In this document: positions 63,884 to 64,000 of the stretch, one piece after another
How the letters are laid out: every line of letters begins with the position of its first letter
Position numbering within the stretch: position 1 is the first letter of the stretch
Assembly (NCBI GenBank): GCA_965205865.1
Contig: CBDBHR010000029.1
Span: 352,001-416,000 of the forward strand
Direction of reading: 5' to 3'
Length of the DNA: 64,000 nt
From: a bacterium
GTDB lineage: Bacteria; SAR324; NAC60-12
Notes under the pieces: model-generated
Told to the model about the DNA's origin: nothing
Seen by the model: only the letters and a program-made list of their open reading frames with translations
The model's database searches: none
Made by a program: the position numbers and the translations under genes

Positions 63884-64000
63884 CTATTCATACCTCACCC
63901 TCGGGTCCAAATAGGGATAAATCAGGTCGATGAGGAGATTGCTTCCCATCACGACGACGCCGAAAAACAGGTTGATTCCGGAGATCACCGGGTAGTCTCT
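63884..64000 (-). CDS. DppB-like permease, 3' end (partial)
   Basis: RDYPVISGINLFF...LDPRVRYE*. Homologous to 59120-59240. Confidence 0.8.
   Translation of the reverse strand, partial: RDYPVISGINLFFGVVVMGSNLLIDLIYPYLDPRVRYE

Noticed and set aside
1-64000. tRNA, rRNA, integron integrase or prophage genes
   Set aside because: None recognised by eye or in the ORF track.

Overview
Bacterial window, probably from a deltaproteobacterial/SAR324-like genome (inference from gene style only). An intact housekeeping block (about 11.2-31.3 kb: L,D-transpeptidase, argB, two FHA proteins, ftsZ-ftsA, trkA, prs, purN, purD-purE fusion, degP, guaB, tsaC) lies between two heavily decayed accessory regions. 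These are built from fragmented peptide and sugar ABC-transporter operons, PhyH-family dioxygenases, many IS elements (ISNCY, IS256, IS5, IS1, IS66 and an unclassified 747-aa DDE element), at least five MITE families, several toxin-antitoxin modules, two Rpn nucleases, a Uma2 nuclease and attC-like remnants with no integrase. The most notable system is a family of three related group II introns: one full-length, one 692-nt ORF-less and one 228-nt remnant. All three sit at the same nucleotide of a GGG(T/A)CAGGCT|T REP-like repeat linked to a RAYT tyrosine transposase, and all are on the minus strand, while plus-strand copies of the target are empty. The full-length intron's RT is broken by an 82-bp insert that is a deletion-riddled, hairpin-skipping copy of the transposase gene at 432-582, which looks like RT template switching. 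No rRNA, tRNA or CRISPR array was recognised.
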